A stretch of 64,000 bases of DNA, taken from assembly GCA_047495785.1 (NCBI GenBank), contig JBLDXI010000003.1, positions 3,162,001 through 3,226,000 on the forward strand, written 5' to 3'. Source of the DNA: Lepidodermella squamata. Its lineage: Eukaryota; Animalia; Gastrotricha. A model generated the notes under the pieces. The model was not told the DNA's origin. It saw nothing but the letters and a program-made list of their open reading frames with translations, and did no database searches. The position numbers and the translations under genes are program-made. Each line of letters opens with the position of its first letter. Position 1 is the first letter of the stretch. Of this stretch, positions 11,601-23,300 are shown one piece after another.

Positions 11601-14486
11601 CTTGGGAATATTATTTTAGGTCACGGGTTATGTGAGGTGCGTCAACTCTCCGAATTCGTTTTTCAGTGGAGCGCGATGCGCAACTGCTGATTTGGGTAAG
11701 CTAATTAGTTTTGAATCGACGTGAATAAGTTTCTATACATACAAAACTGGATTTTAGGATGTTCGGATCCGGGCGAGAATCAAATGCCGGTTGGGGTGAC
11801 TTACGATACTATGGATGACTGCTATATGGCAGAGAAAACTTACTACGATGTTACTCCATCAGTAAACTCTGTAACATCTCTCGAGGCCGCGTCGATGCTT
11901 TGTTATGCGACCAACGGCGAACCTGCAACTTTCGAGGATGGCGGCGAGCTGTTACATCTTCGTAACTATATAGTAGCGAAAAATGTGAGCCGATTAACCG
12001 GATGGGTTGGCCTTATAAGACCGAACGGCACTTACGCTTGGATGGACGATACTGATTTCAACACCGATTTCGATTTTTGGGGTCCCTCGGAGCCCAGCGG
12101 TATTAATATTTCTATTATTTTTATTGCTATTTTGATCTTGAGGAATCTAAAATTCAGCGTGGTCAGACTATTCAGCAGTGACACTTCAGCAGTGACTTTT
12201 CACCAGTGACACCTTGTCAGTGAAAATCCATAAAAATCAAAATTTGGAAAAATTTAGGATAAATTATCAAAAATCACTGCTGACTTGTCACTGATGATTT
12301 GTCACTGCGCAAATGTCGCTGCTCAAATGTCACTGCTCATTTGACCCTCATTTGCTGAAATGTCACTGCTGAAAAGTCGCACAACCAAGATCATCAAGGG
12401 CGCAATTTTTCCAATTTGACCCTTCAACACATTCAAAATAATTTGAATTAATTTAGTAATTTATTTATCTGTTTTATTATTTTTTAATTTTTTAATTATT
12501 TTTAATCTTAATTTTTTCCTCAAGTTTTAGGTTGGACTTTGTAAATATTGGCCAGTGACACAAATATAGATTTTTATGTCTTTTATGTTTTTTTAGGTGG
12601 TCCGACTGATTTTTGTGGCTACATGCAGTATTACGACCCACCGGCGGGCGATTATTTTTTGAATGACGCGCCTTGCATGAATCCTGGCGTCTGTCGCTTA
12701 GCTCTTTGCCAAACTTTCCCGCCACCGTTCAAATCATCAGGCTCTGCCAGCAGTAACAGCAATGCTTACGGGTGGTTTCGTTGCGTGGACAAAAATACGG
12801 GATCTATCAAGTGCATGTCGGCATCTCAAGTGCAAGGTAAAAATACTCGGCAATATTCGCCACTAATGACAACTTTTGTTTCATAGCTTCTGAATGCGAC
12901 GATCCGTTGTTTAATGCCCAGGCGTTTTTGACAATCGAACACTGCAAAAATGCGGATAAGACTTTCTCCGTAGTCCGAGCGACTGAAATCGCTGCTCAAA
13001 TGAACGCTGACGTTGAGGCGATTTGTCGCTACGGCGGCGGCGAATTGGCGTCAGTCAAGTCTGCTCTCGAACTGGTACGCCTGCAGATAGCTACGAAAGA
13101 CATCAAGCTAGGCGAAGGCTTCTGGGCTGCTGGTACCAAGCGGGCTGATGGCCTTCTATACTGGCCGGATGGTACTAAAATAACCGGAGTAGAGGGACTC
13201 TGGGCGATGTTGGCGAACGGCCAACAAGAACCCAATGGTTGATTTTTTTTGCTATGAAAAATTGTTAATCTCTACTGGTCTAATTAAGGTGGATTGGGCG
13301 AGTCTTGTACTACATTTTCGAGATACCCGACCGTCCCGCCCTACCTCAGCGACATCCATTTAGGAGACGTTTCTTGTTCCTCATTGCAAAAGGGAGCAAT
13401 CTGCTCTAATTTCGTATATAAGAGGGTATGAAATAACTGGTTTGATTATAATCTAAGGAGAAACTTGTTTCTATAATGCAGAGTGGATGGATTCGGTGCC
13501 GAAATATACCTCGTCAGAGTTATAGCTGCCGACCGATGAGCGCAGGTACAGTTCTCTTGCGAATTTCAGCCATCTCAGGGTTCTAACGCTAAATTTCCCA
13601 AAGTATTGGGTTACGGGTGTCTATTTTATTTTGCTATTTTGTCGGTTTTGCCTCAATGGTACGGCGACAAAACAGCAACTTCGCAGAACAGCTAATGCGA
13701 CAAAACAGCAAATTTTTTATTTTGCGACAAAACAGCGAAAACTTACTATGTAATGCATCAAGTTTCTGCTGTTATGTCGAAATTTGAAAAATGTGCTGTT
13801 TTGTCGCGTTTGCTGTTTTGGGTACCTATTTGCTATTATGACGGTCTGCCGAATCGATTCATTGCTTCAATTATCGCGAAATATTCGAAATCGCAAATTG
13901 TCGAAACTTTTTAGCTGGAACCTGGAAAACAAGTTGAAGCTTTGACTTTTTTATCATTCATATAGGCTGTGATGACTCTGAGAGCCCAATGCCGTTGGAT
14001 AGAAGCTTTTCTACCAGGCTGGCGTGTCTAAACGCTATAAAAAATTTCTTTGTCGTCAACTCGACTGAACCTATCTTGAACTCAGACGAAGCTAACAGGC
14101 TTTGCTATCAATCATCCGGCCAGCTCGCCACGATTAAATCAGGGCAGGAACAAACCGCTTTGAGGTATCTGATTTCAGCCTACGGCGATTCCTTCCAAGG
14201 AGGCTGGGTTGGCCTTAAATTTGACGCAGTTCGCGGCAAATATGGCTGGATCGACGGAACGTTATTCGGCAGACCGGCTTTTGGCACTGATCGCCAGTGG
14301 GGTGGAACTGACACGGCCGACGAACCGTCCGACCAGAAACCGTGTGGCGTCTACCGATTCTACCCGCCATTCAAAACATTCCCACAGGGCTTCTACCTGG
14401 ACGACGTAGATTGCACCCTGCCGTGGCCGTTTTTCGCATTTTGCGAGACTTTCAACCAAGGTTTCAACCAAGGATTCGGGCATTAA
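2604..14486 (+). CDS. Secreted astacin-like pseudo-protease: EGF, CUB, kringle, 4-Cys repeats and 5 C-type lectin domains (about 30 exons; one in-frame TGA at 8620-8622)
   Basis: Phase-compatible exons at about 2604-2727, 3456-3600, 3654-3723, 3776-3817, 3871-3935, 3992-4212 (astacin: WPDVVNY, WQENTCITF, CFTKVG, EHVRADRDQYI, YDYESITH, GQRQFVSFLDYKKINLHYKC); 5194-5426 (EGF [26 protein letters not shown], start of CUB); 5482-5542, 5595-5652, 5738-6159 (kringle: YEGSATTTASGKACISW..CRNP..YC..WENC); small Cys exons 6217-8653; CTLD exons 8708-9250, 10971-11568, 11758-12836, 12888-13425, 13966-14486. Confidence 0.88.
6575..7087. repeat. Foldback/MITE-like element built of GAGCAAA/TTTGCTC units, with a long near-perfect internal hairpin
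   Basis: Arms at about 6678-6778 and 6808-6908 are reverse complements (aaagagcaaattttatttttacaataaataagagctgaaattaattattaaatttgctcttctgtcat). Flanking units point in opposite directions. Confidence 0.75.
9493..9897. mobile_element. Non-autonomous repeat made of AACAGC/GCTGTT units (about 1.7 tandem copies); inverted copy at 13588-13851; related fragment near 52016-52095
   Basis: cggcagaccgtcataatagcaaataggtacccaaaacagcaaacgcgacaaaacagc...gtcgccgtaccattgaggc matches the reverse complement of 13588-13851. Confidence 0.8.
12158..12388. mobile_element. MITE-like element of CAGCAGTGAC units in inverted arms; partial copies near 9401-9484 and 10737-10780
   Basis: cgtggtcagact.ttcagcagtg occurs at 9401 and 12158. 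The right arm carries gtcactgctg repeats ending cactgctgaaaagtcgcacaacca. Confidence 0.65.
13588..13851. mobile_element. Inverted copy of the 9493-9720 repeat, in the last intron
   Basis: Reverse-complement identity by eye over about 230-260 bp. Confidence 0.8.
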
Positions 14487-15024
14487 CAACTATTCCAAAG
14501 ATTTTCCGAATGTTATTATTTATTTTTCGTGTTATTAACGAGTAAAATTTGAAGGGCACCGTTCGCTTTGAAACTGCCAAGTTTTATTCCCATATTGAAT
14601 GGTTATCGTAGACGTTAGTCTCATCGTTGATGGGCCCGGGTCCCATATTCGAATGAAAATAGAACAATTTTTAACGTTCAAAAATTCTTCCTTAATGGAA
14701 AAATCGCCAAAATTAATTCGTTTGAATTTCGCCCGAGTTGAGAAAAATTCCTCCTGCGTAAAAAAAAGACGGAAACATCGCCGAATTGCTGAAACTTTAT
14801 TTCAAAATTAACAAATTTTCAAAACAAATATGCACTGAGCGAGTGACTGTTCTAAAGATTTTCGAATGTTATAGGGGTGTGCACAAACAGTCATTTCATT
14901 GCGCATAACACAGAAAAATTCGCACGGCTTTATTTCTGATTACGATTTCATTTTTAAACTTTCACAAACTCGAATGTTTTTGTATTTGTAGTGAACCAAT
15001 GTTGTGTAGTGGACTGAAAATTCG

Positions 15025-15095
15025 TTGAACGAGATGGGGTTCGAACCTCGGTCGCCTGTCCATCACTCAGCGATTTTTACCACTAAGACAACTAG
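15025..15095 (-). pseudogene. tRNA-derived fragment (SINE head or tRNA pseudogene)
   Basis: The minus strand reads tagttgtctTAGTGGTAAaaatcgc...gaGGTTCGAACCccatctc: A-box and B-box at tRNA spacing, but no good acceptor stem. Confidence 0.5.
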
Positions 15096-15269
15096 TTTTT
15101 TGTTCTCACTATTTCGTTCATATTTTTTCTTTGACGGGAGACTTCGAATTTTTCCAGTCAGACAAAAAACTACACGCATATTAGCTGTTTTAAGCCTCAT
15201 TTTATATCGAAAGCGTGAGCTCATTCATTGCTCGGTGACTGATTAAACGCGATCGAATCTCACTATTGT

Positions 15270-16061
15270 CCAGCTTTTATGGGAGTGGTACTTCTTGCCA
15301 CCAGATTAGGGTTTTCTGCCATGGGATTAGGGTTTTCTACCACCAAATATGAAAATCCAAAACTCGCCATCAAAATGAGGTTTCTTGCCACCAAATTGGT
15401 CTCGTCGCCACCAAAACAAGGCTTGCCACCAATTTGAGGTTTCTTGCCACCTATTTGAGGCTTTTTCCTCCAAATCAAGAATGGAATGGTATTTCTTGCC
15501 ATCATATTAGGATTTTATGCCACCAATTTGGGGTTTCCATCCTTAAATCACGAATTAATATGTCCAATAACAAAAGTAAACAATAAACAATAAGACATTT
15601 TTGGATTTTTTTATATAATTTGTAAAAGTTGAATTAACATGTTCCTCAAGCACAATTGCCCTGGCCATCGAACGGTACTTCTTAATGAAGTTTATCCATT
15701 TTAAGCTCATATTGGCGTGCTTGGCGAAATCGGCTTCTATTCAGCTTCCGAGTCACGTGGTTTTTTTCATTGTTAAGTCACGTCGGGTTTTTTGACACTT
15801 TTGTTACCGGTATTTCTCCTCCCAACGAGCAACATCCTCAGTTCAACATTTTTAGAGGCAAGAAAATCCAAATTGGTGGCAAGAAAACTCAAATTGGTGG
15901 TAAGCCTTGTTTTGGTGACGTCGAGACCAATTTGGTGGCAAGAAACCTCATTTTGATGGCGATTTTTGGATTTTCATATTTAGTGGCAGTAAACCCAAAT
16001 TTAGTGGCAGAAAGTCCAAATTTGGTGGCAGAAAGCATTTCTCCCAGCTTTTATTAAGCCT
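15270..16061. mobile_element. Foldback element with about 200-bp inverted arms of CTTGCCACCAAAT units
   Basis: About 15290-15480 is the reverse complement of about 15855-16035. The two mirror ORFs in the track (15263-15505 minus, 15770-16057 plus) translate almost identically. Confidence 0.8.
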
Positions 16062-16322
16062 GCGTCAGAGACCCCTTAAAACTTGGCTTGATACAAATAC
16101 AAAAACATTCGAGTTTGTGAATAGTAAAAAGCTTTTTTTTGTGAGTTTGTCGAACGTTTATAAAAATGCAATAGTAATGGGAAATAATGTTGTAATATAT
16201 GCAGGGGGTTCAATACTATCACGCCTGTTTGTACACACCCCTACTATTTAAGCGGGCATAACGGTACCACATTATGGGATTACATTTTAAATAGGCTTCA
16301 TGCGAACCATGCGATAAGTATT

Positions 16323-17764
16323 CACTGTAAAAAATCTCTGGCTATATAGCCGCTAATTAGCCATTCGAATTGCTTTAATTGTTTGGATAAAAACCCCCCA
16401 TAGAACCTCCTATTTAGCCCTTCAAATTAATTTACGCGTACTATTTACCCATTTGAATTTATTTTGGGTGAATAACAAGGAATGGGTAACTAAAATTTCC
16501 GTGGGCTAAATAACATTCGGTGGGTATTTAGATTCAATCGAACAATAAAATGCTATATAGCCAGCCCTCGACTGCCACTCCTCTCCTTCCTTCTTATTGT
16601 TGTTTAAAAAAATCGGATTTCGAGTCTGGGATTTTTATTACGAAGTCTCAATGCATTATAAAATCTCAACAATTAATCCAAATAGCTTTTTAACATTAAT
16701 AATAATCTTCTAGTATAGTCGAATTCAATCGAGCGAACAACGAGAATTCTCACAAAATCACACTTTGTCATTTTTTAGTCTGATTTATTTTCTGATGAAA
16801 ATGAATCGCGGCTTCCTACTCCAGGTTTCCGTTGGATGACAGCATCACAGTGCCAAATCTGATAAAATTCAGAGATTCATGCTTATGCTACAAGGATTAT
16901 TAAAACTCACAAAAAATTGCAAAGGAAATTAGAAATTAAGACAATCAGAGAGCCAACAGCCGCAACGGCAATTCCAGCCTATTATATCTGCTAGAATCAC
17001 ATGAATTTCGAAAGATACAATAGAAAATTTACCTGATTTCTGAAAATTCTGAAAATTCGCTTAAAAGTGAAACCAGCGCTGCAATTTAAGAAAGATAAAT
17101 TTTAGCTTGGAGTTTTTGTGAAGATAGAAGCGACGAAACCGGTTGATGTTATCGTTAAAACTTAAATGCAAATAATGTTGTTCAAAGACTCACTTTTACT
17201 TGACCTATCTGTCTGAAAGCAGCATCCGTCAAAGGGGCCAACAACCTGATATAAAAAAAAATGTAATTTTTTCTTTTCTTCTAGTTGTTAAATGTTAGAG
17301 GGCTTTACTTATTGTTAATAGTTAATTATAGTTAGCTGGTAATCGTTTCTTACCTGTTCAACCCATCAAACATACCTTTGTGATATCATGACCTAGTTGC
17401 AACAACGATATCTGTTATTTCCGCACGGCTAGAATGAAAATAGAAAATTCACGTGCTTGACAAATTAACAAAAAACTGTGAGTGTGTAAGTGCACGTTGT
17501 TCATTGAAAGTAAGTAAAACAATGAAATCGAGTGTTGCGTCACACTTCAGTGGACAAAGAATTCGAGAATTTTCCACGAAATTCGAATTCCCGATTTTAA
17601 TCCGAGTAATTAACTTGCTCCATGCATTTGTGAGCACTTATTAGCCTCTCCGGGGTTCTAAATAACTTTCGACTAAACAGCGCCTATAATTTCAAATTTG
17701 ATTCGACTAAATACCCAATGTGGCTAAATACCAACTGCTATATAGCCAGAGATTTTTTACAGTG
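16323..17764. mobile_element. Non-autonomous CACTG-ended (CMC/EnSpm-type) DNA transposon
   Basis: Perfect 28-bp TIRs CACTGTAAAAAATCTCTGGCTATATAGC, flanked by TT on both sides (2-bp TSD). No long ORF inside. Confidence 0.85.
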
Positions 17765-18480
17765 TTGTCAAGACTAAACGAGAATCTGAACGAGAACTCT
17801 TACATGTCTTCGAGCTCCTCAACACAATTTCAAGATCAATCAAATCCCGACCAGGTGGTTCCTAAGGATCTGAGTCACGACCAGCAGCAGCATTGCACAG
17901 ACAGCGCTCAACGCCTGACCGAAATTCAGCCTGATAGCGACATTTTCCCGTTATGCCCAATACACGTAGAAGACGGTCTAACGTGATCATAGATAAATAA
18001 AAAATATAGATCTGACACTTTAGTACTTTTATGTGTGCCGAAATGAATCATGAATCATCCCAATTTATCTCAAATGACCTGTCCTCCAGTTTCAACGGGG
18101 GAAGTAGGGCATGGAGGTCCAAACTCCAGCTCGGCGCTCATCTAATTCCAGTCAATCTTTACTCCTTTGTTGACTCATTGAACCACTTATTTCTGCATTT
18201 CTGTATTATTTTTTTAATAAATTAAAATAAATGTTCAATTATCGAAGGTCGATTCTCATCCATCGTGAAAACTCTGACACTGACGATGAGCAAATTTCCA
18301 ATAGCGAGTTGAAACTTCATGATAGTACGAAACTTCAACCCCAGTGAGACCAATTTTAATACTTGGATCTCAGATCTAAAATATTACATGGAAGTTTTAA
18401 CATAAAAGGAGCTCCCAGGCAATTGAGGATTCTCCAGAAAAAAGGTGGATAAGCGTAGAGCTGAAATTATTGCTCAAGAA

Positions 18481-18684
18481 TTTTTTTACTGAATTTTAAC
18501 AATTTTCAATTTTTTGAAGTTTCTCGGTGGTAAACACCATTACTTTTGGATAGGACATCTTAACCACATAAATGTCATTCATGCGCATGAATATAATCAC
18601 GTGTTTGTTTTTGCTATAACAAGCATAAATTAATTGTGCTTTCCACCGAGAAACTTCAAAAGATTGTTAAAATTCAGTAAAAAA
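18481..18684. mobile_element. Small MITE-like inverted repeat
   Basis: tttttactgaattttaacaat...ttgaagtttctcggtgg versus ccaccgagaaacttcaa..attgttaaaattcagtaaaaa. Confidence 0.65.
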
Positions 18685-18966
18685 TCGTTGAAGGTCGAAC
18701 TTAGACTCAAAAGAAAGCTCACGCACAGCCGCGTTTAGATCCTCCGACAATCGAAATCGAAATCGATCAAAGAAAAATCAACTTCTTTGTTTACTTTCTC
18801 ACCGAAATGTTGAGCTTTTTCATTATTTATAGCTGAACATCTACGACTGAAGCGGTGTTCCGCGCTCTTTTCTCGGCGTCTATCTCAAATTATGTCTATG
18901 GTCAAAACGATCTAACAGAACATCAGAACAGCAATATTTATTTGAAAAATAATAAATTTTCAAAAA

Positions 18967-19600
18967 TCATTGCCTATTCAAGTTTATTTGCGCAAGAAAT
19001 TTCGCGATTTTTTCTGATTTATCACCACCATCATCAGAAAATCCGACTACAGCGACCTTTTTCAGCCGAATCGCACTTTCGCTAGGACTAGCTTGAATCT
19101 TCTCGTTCAGCAGCGTCGATAACCGCCACGCGAAATTAGCACTGTTATTCGATTGACCAGCGATAATTAAAAACTCTTTTGATGTACTCGAATCGTTTAT
19201 AAATGGAAATAACGAATTTGCTAAACGGTCGCCTGTCCACCAAAACACGCCTTGATCCGGCAATTTATCCATAAAATCGCCGTCCTTATTCGAACGGGCG
19301 CTGATTAAAATCGCTGTAGAATTTTCGGCCGTAGATTTCGGCCTGAAAGCATCGAGACAATTGCCGATGAGTTCATTGCCGGTGAAAATTGTGTCAGAAC
19401 CGGCCTTGATGAGGGGCGAGATTTTTCCATTCATCGAAATAGTGTAATTCTCCTGTTCGTTATTTCGTGGAGAAATCCGCAACAAAGAGTAGGGTCCTAG
19501 GGATTTTTTTAAATAATTAAGCAAGTCATAATATTTTCAGGCTCTTACCTTGGGGGAGGGCGATGGAATTATTAGGGTCTTTCACCCAAATAAAAGCCAT
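18967..19600 (-). CDS. Hypothetical protein, two exons (19600-19549, 19496-18967)
   Basis: ATG at 19600 (MAFIWVKDPNNSIALPQ G|gtaaga) splices in phase to ccctag|GACCC into the 185-aa ORF. No confident family assignment; the 3' end is uncertain. Confidence 0.6.
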
Positions 19601-20352
19601 TTTTCGAAATAAAAAACCTATTTACAAAGTAATATTTTACCTGCTAGCTATAGGTTATACATAGTATGTTGTAGTTAAGAAAGAGAACTACGTGGTCCAG
19701 GTGGCCGGTTTTGATAAAACGTGGTATAAATAATACGCGCGAACCTCGCCGCAAGTAGAGCACTTTTATTATATATTACTATTGTGTGCTATACTACTCG
19801 GGTCTTCTGATAAGTAATAAAGTTGGCCTGATATCAGCCGTGTAATACGAGCTGCTGTGCGAATAAAACATACGCGAATCAGCGGCGTTATAATATACGT
19901 GTTATATTGCCACTCTAGGAAGATGGTGAAATACGAGTATTGATCTATGATAGGCAGATGCAGCGCCGAGCATCCTATTCTACTAGATACTTCCGCACTG
20001 GCCCGCTATACATCAACATTCAATTTGGTAAATCAAATAGAAAAATTTCGAAAACAAATAGATGGAAAACTCCGGTGATATCTACATACTTGACTTCATT
20101 TCAACATGTTCCGTCATCTTGGAGTGAGTGTTGTTGTCGTTAAATGATCGTTTAAACGACACACTCTCATCAGTGCGCAAAAAATTGAGATGACTCATCA
20201 CATCGTAAAATATCATTTTATTTTTATTTTTTTCAAAATAATCTCAGTTATTTCGGACATTGCTTTTTAAAGCTAAAGGAGATCAACAAAATTTGAAAAT
20301 AATTTAACACAATGAGCTAAAATGATAGAAAAAATCTGGTCACACCATTTTG

Positions 20353-23300
20353 CTAAGCGCAGAGAAAATCAAGAAAATTGCTATCAACAGCGAAATTATC
20401 GACTCGCAACTGCTGCGACGATTGGAAGAACCGGAAATACGAACTGCTCGTGGCAATTTGCTGCTTTAGCGTCGCCTGGTACTCAGACGACGTCACGCCA
20501 TTGCCGACACCGACGACGAAAATGCGCGTCCAAATCGACCGCAAAGCCGCCAACTCATCGCGCGTCTCCAACACCGACGACTCGCGCCGGTTCGACGTTA
20601 GAAACACAACCCGCCACGGGTTAACGTTCGGCATCGCGTTGAACACATGCCGCCGCGTCGCTTGAAACATACGCGCCAAATCGTCGTTTAACGTGTATTT
20701 AAATGAATCGTAATTAACCGACAGCCAATTTTGCCACTTTGCGACCGAGTCGTTACGTTTGAATGGGTTATTTGAAATATTAACCGCCGTCCAAATAAAT
20801 CGCCGATCCATAGCCACGCCGGTTAGGGTGACTAGACCGATAGATAGCCCGATATCGCCCGTTGAGTTTGATGCGTTTCGTACAATCGATTGCCAATTTT
20901 GCGCGAAATTTACGAGAAAATTCTCGGCGTTATCCGCGTCGGATTTTGTGAAATTTTCAGATTCCGATAAATCTGACACGAAAATCACGTTTATCGACCC
21001 TGAACAGGCGCGGCCGTTCGGTAGCGAGCACTGCGGCATCGCAGTCCAAGCCGCCTGGTCGTTGCACGTCACGCCTGGGTGACCTCGAATAACGTAGCCT
21101 TTTTCGCATTTGTACCAAATCGAGTCGCCAATAACACTCGCCGTATTCAATGGCACGGTGGTATAGGCGACGAGGCCGTTTGTAACCGGTGGTACCAGGC
21201 CGCAGGAAATTGAAAATGTTGACCTAGGTACGCAGCGCGGTTGGGTTGACCACGAGCCGTTAGTGAGGCATTCAATGCGAGTAGGGCCTTTTAGGAGGTA
21301 ACTTGAGTTGCAGGAATACGCGGCGTAACTGCCAATTACACTGTCATTGCCGTCGAAACTCTTCTCGGCTACTACACCATCGGACAACGCAGGGACACCT
21401 CCACACGTTTTCCCTGTAAAAAATTGAAGTAATAAAAGAATTTTATCATGTTTTTATGTTATAAAAATTAAAAATTAAAAAAAATTAAGGAGGAATTTTC
21501 GAAATCAGTTTAGCGAAAATTTCAATTTTCATATTTTTGAAAATTTTTGAAAATTTAGGGTTCCACCACTAAATTAGAGGGTTCAGCCCTAAATTTCGCC
21601 AAAATATGGCTTTTCGAGTTCGAAGTCTTCTTTATAGCTTCTCAAATTTGTGCTATCGCCCCTAATTAGCCGATATAGATATTCAGTATCGATTTTAAAA
21701 ATCAGTGATTTTTTATATCGATACTGCAGCCTTTCAATTTTGTTGAAGTTACTACTCGAACCCGATGGGAAAGGTCATTATTGATCAAGAATGGGAATAG
21801 TCGAAATTGCAAAAAAATCGGAACCTAAATTTCAGTGGTCAAAATCAAGATCCTTTTCAAAATTAGCCTAATTTAAATTTCAGAGACTATAGGGGCATTT
21901 ATTCGAGCGGAATACAAAAATCGCGGAATTTCGATAAATTGAAAAGAGTTTAAAATCGAAAAATTACGGTTTTGAAGTGAAATGCAGATAGGTTGATCAC
22001 TCCAACGGCCGTCTTGTTGGCAAACCACCGAATTCAATTGAGTCGCAAATCCAAACCCATCAGCACATTGGTAAGTCACATTAGTCCCAGGCTTGCTAGG
22101 GCCTCGAAAAGCCTCTGTGAAAACTCCGTTTTGAATAGCTGGCGGCGCCCCGCAACTATCGCCAATGCTGAAACGGCAATAAGGCGCCGGGGTCCAGTCG
22201 CCAGTAGCCTGGCACCGAACTGCTGTGCTACCGGCAGGTTGAAACGCTGAGCCGCATTCGTACCAAACAATGTCATTTACAACACTTGCATTGCCTTTGA
22301 ATGTTTTCATGGTGATATTAGCGTTGCTGACGACGGGCGGTTCGCCGCATCCGCCGTCTTTTTTGATGCAACTCGGCAGGTCGCTCCAGGTGCCGGTGAC
22401 CAGGCACATGACCTGGTCGCTGTCGCTCGTAATTACGTAACCAGTGTGGCAGCGGATTCGGACGTAATCTCCGGGCACGGGATTCGCGTCCAATGGGTAG
22501 GATTGCGAATAAATCACCGAATTCCCAATCGAAGGGGGAGTACTGCATTTTCCGGAGTCTAAAAAGAAAATTGAAACGAATAACAGAAATTTCAAGAAAA
22601 ATTTGAAAAATTGAAATCAAATTTTAATATTAAAAAATGCCCATAAACCAAAAATTTTACGGTCATTTTTAGGACTACAAATTTAATTTCAAGGGTTTAA
22701 AATTTAGGTTCCAGCAATAAATTAGAGCGTCTGGTTATATTATTTCTATTTTTTTCGGCATTTTCTCCACGAAACTCACTGAAGCTCTCTATAATCCTAC
22801 TATTTGTTAATTGAGCTACCTGGTACCGATAGAAAGAAATAGTAGATACCGATACCGATAGATACCGATAGTAGAAATTTTTTCACTATATCGGAAAAAT
22901 CACTGCTTTTTAAAATCGATACTGGAAATCGATATCGGCTACGTGAACTCTTATACTGATATAGATCAATCGGTTATTTCCGATAATCAAAATTTTTGGA
23001 AAATGAGAAAAACTGAAAAGCCATATTTAGAGAAAATCCAGCGTTAGAGCTTCAAATTTAGGACTGGAACCCTCAATTTAGGTGTGCACTTTGCAAGCCC
23101 ATTTTTCTATAATTTTAATTACATTGTTCGCATTTAGGCGGATTCGTCCATAAACCGCTATCAAGGCATGAAATGGTCGCATTGCCCTTGATGGTGAAAC
23201 CAGCCGTGCACGAATAGATGACGTAGTTGCCAACAGTCGGCTGAGGTCCAACGAAATTGTTGTAGATAACCCGTGAATTCGGCACAAGGGGCGGAGCATC

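Larger units (their letters stand above)
14872..16243. mobile_element. Non-autonomous TIR element (TAGGGGTGTG(C/T)ACAAACAG ends), possibly hAT-type, carrying nested inserts
   Basis: About 19-bp TIRs with one mismatch. Subterminal inverted match aactcgaatgtttttgtatttgta (about 14968) / tacaaatacaaaaacattcgagtt (about 16092). No target-site duplication recognisable. Confidence 0.65.

Noticed and set aside
15025-15095. Functional tRNA gene
   Set aside because: A and B boxes are present, but the acceptor and anticodon stems do not pair.
15263-16057. Two near-identical short ORFs on opposite strands
   Set aside because: Translations of the two arms of a foldback repeat.
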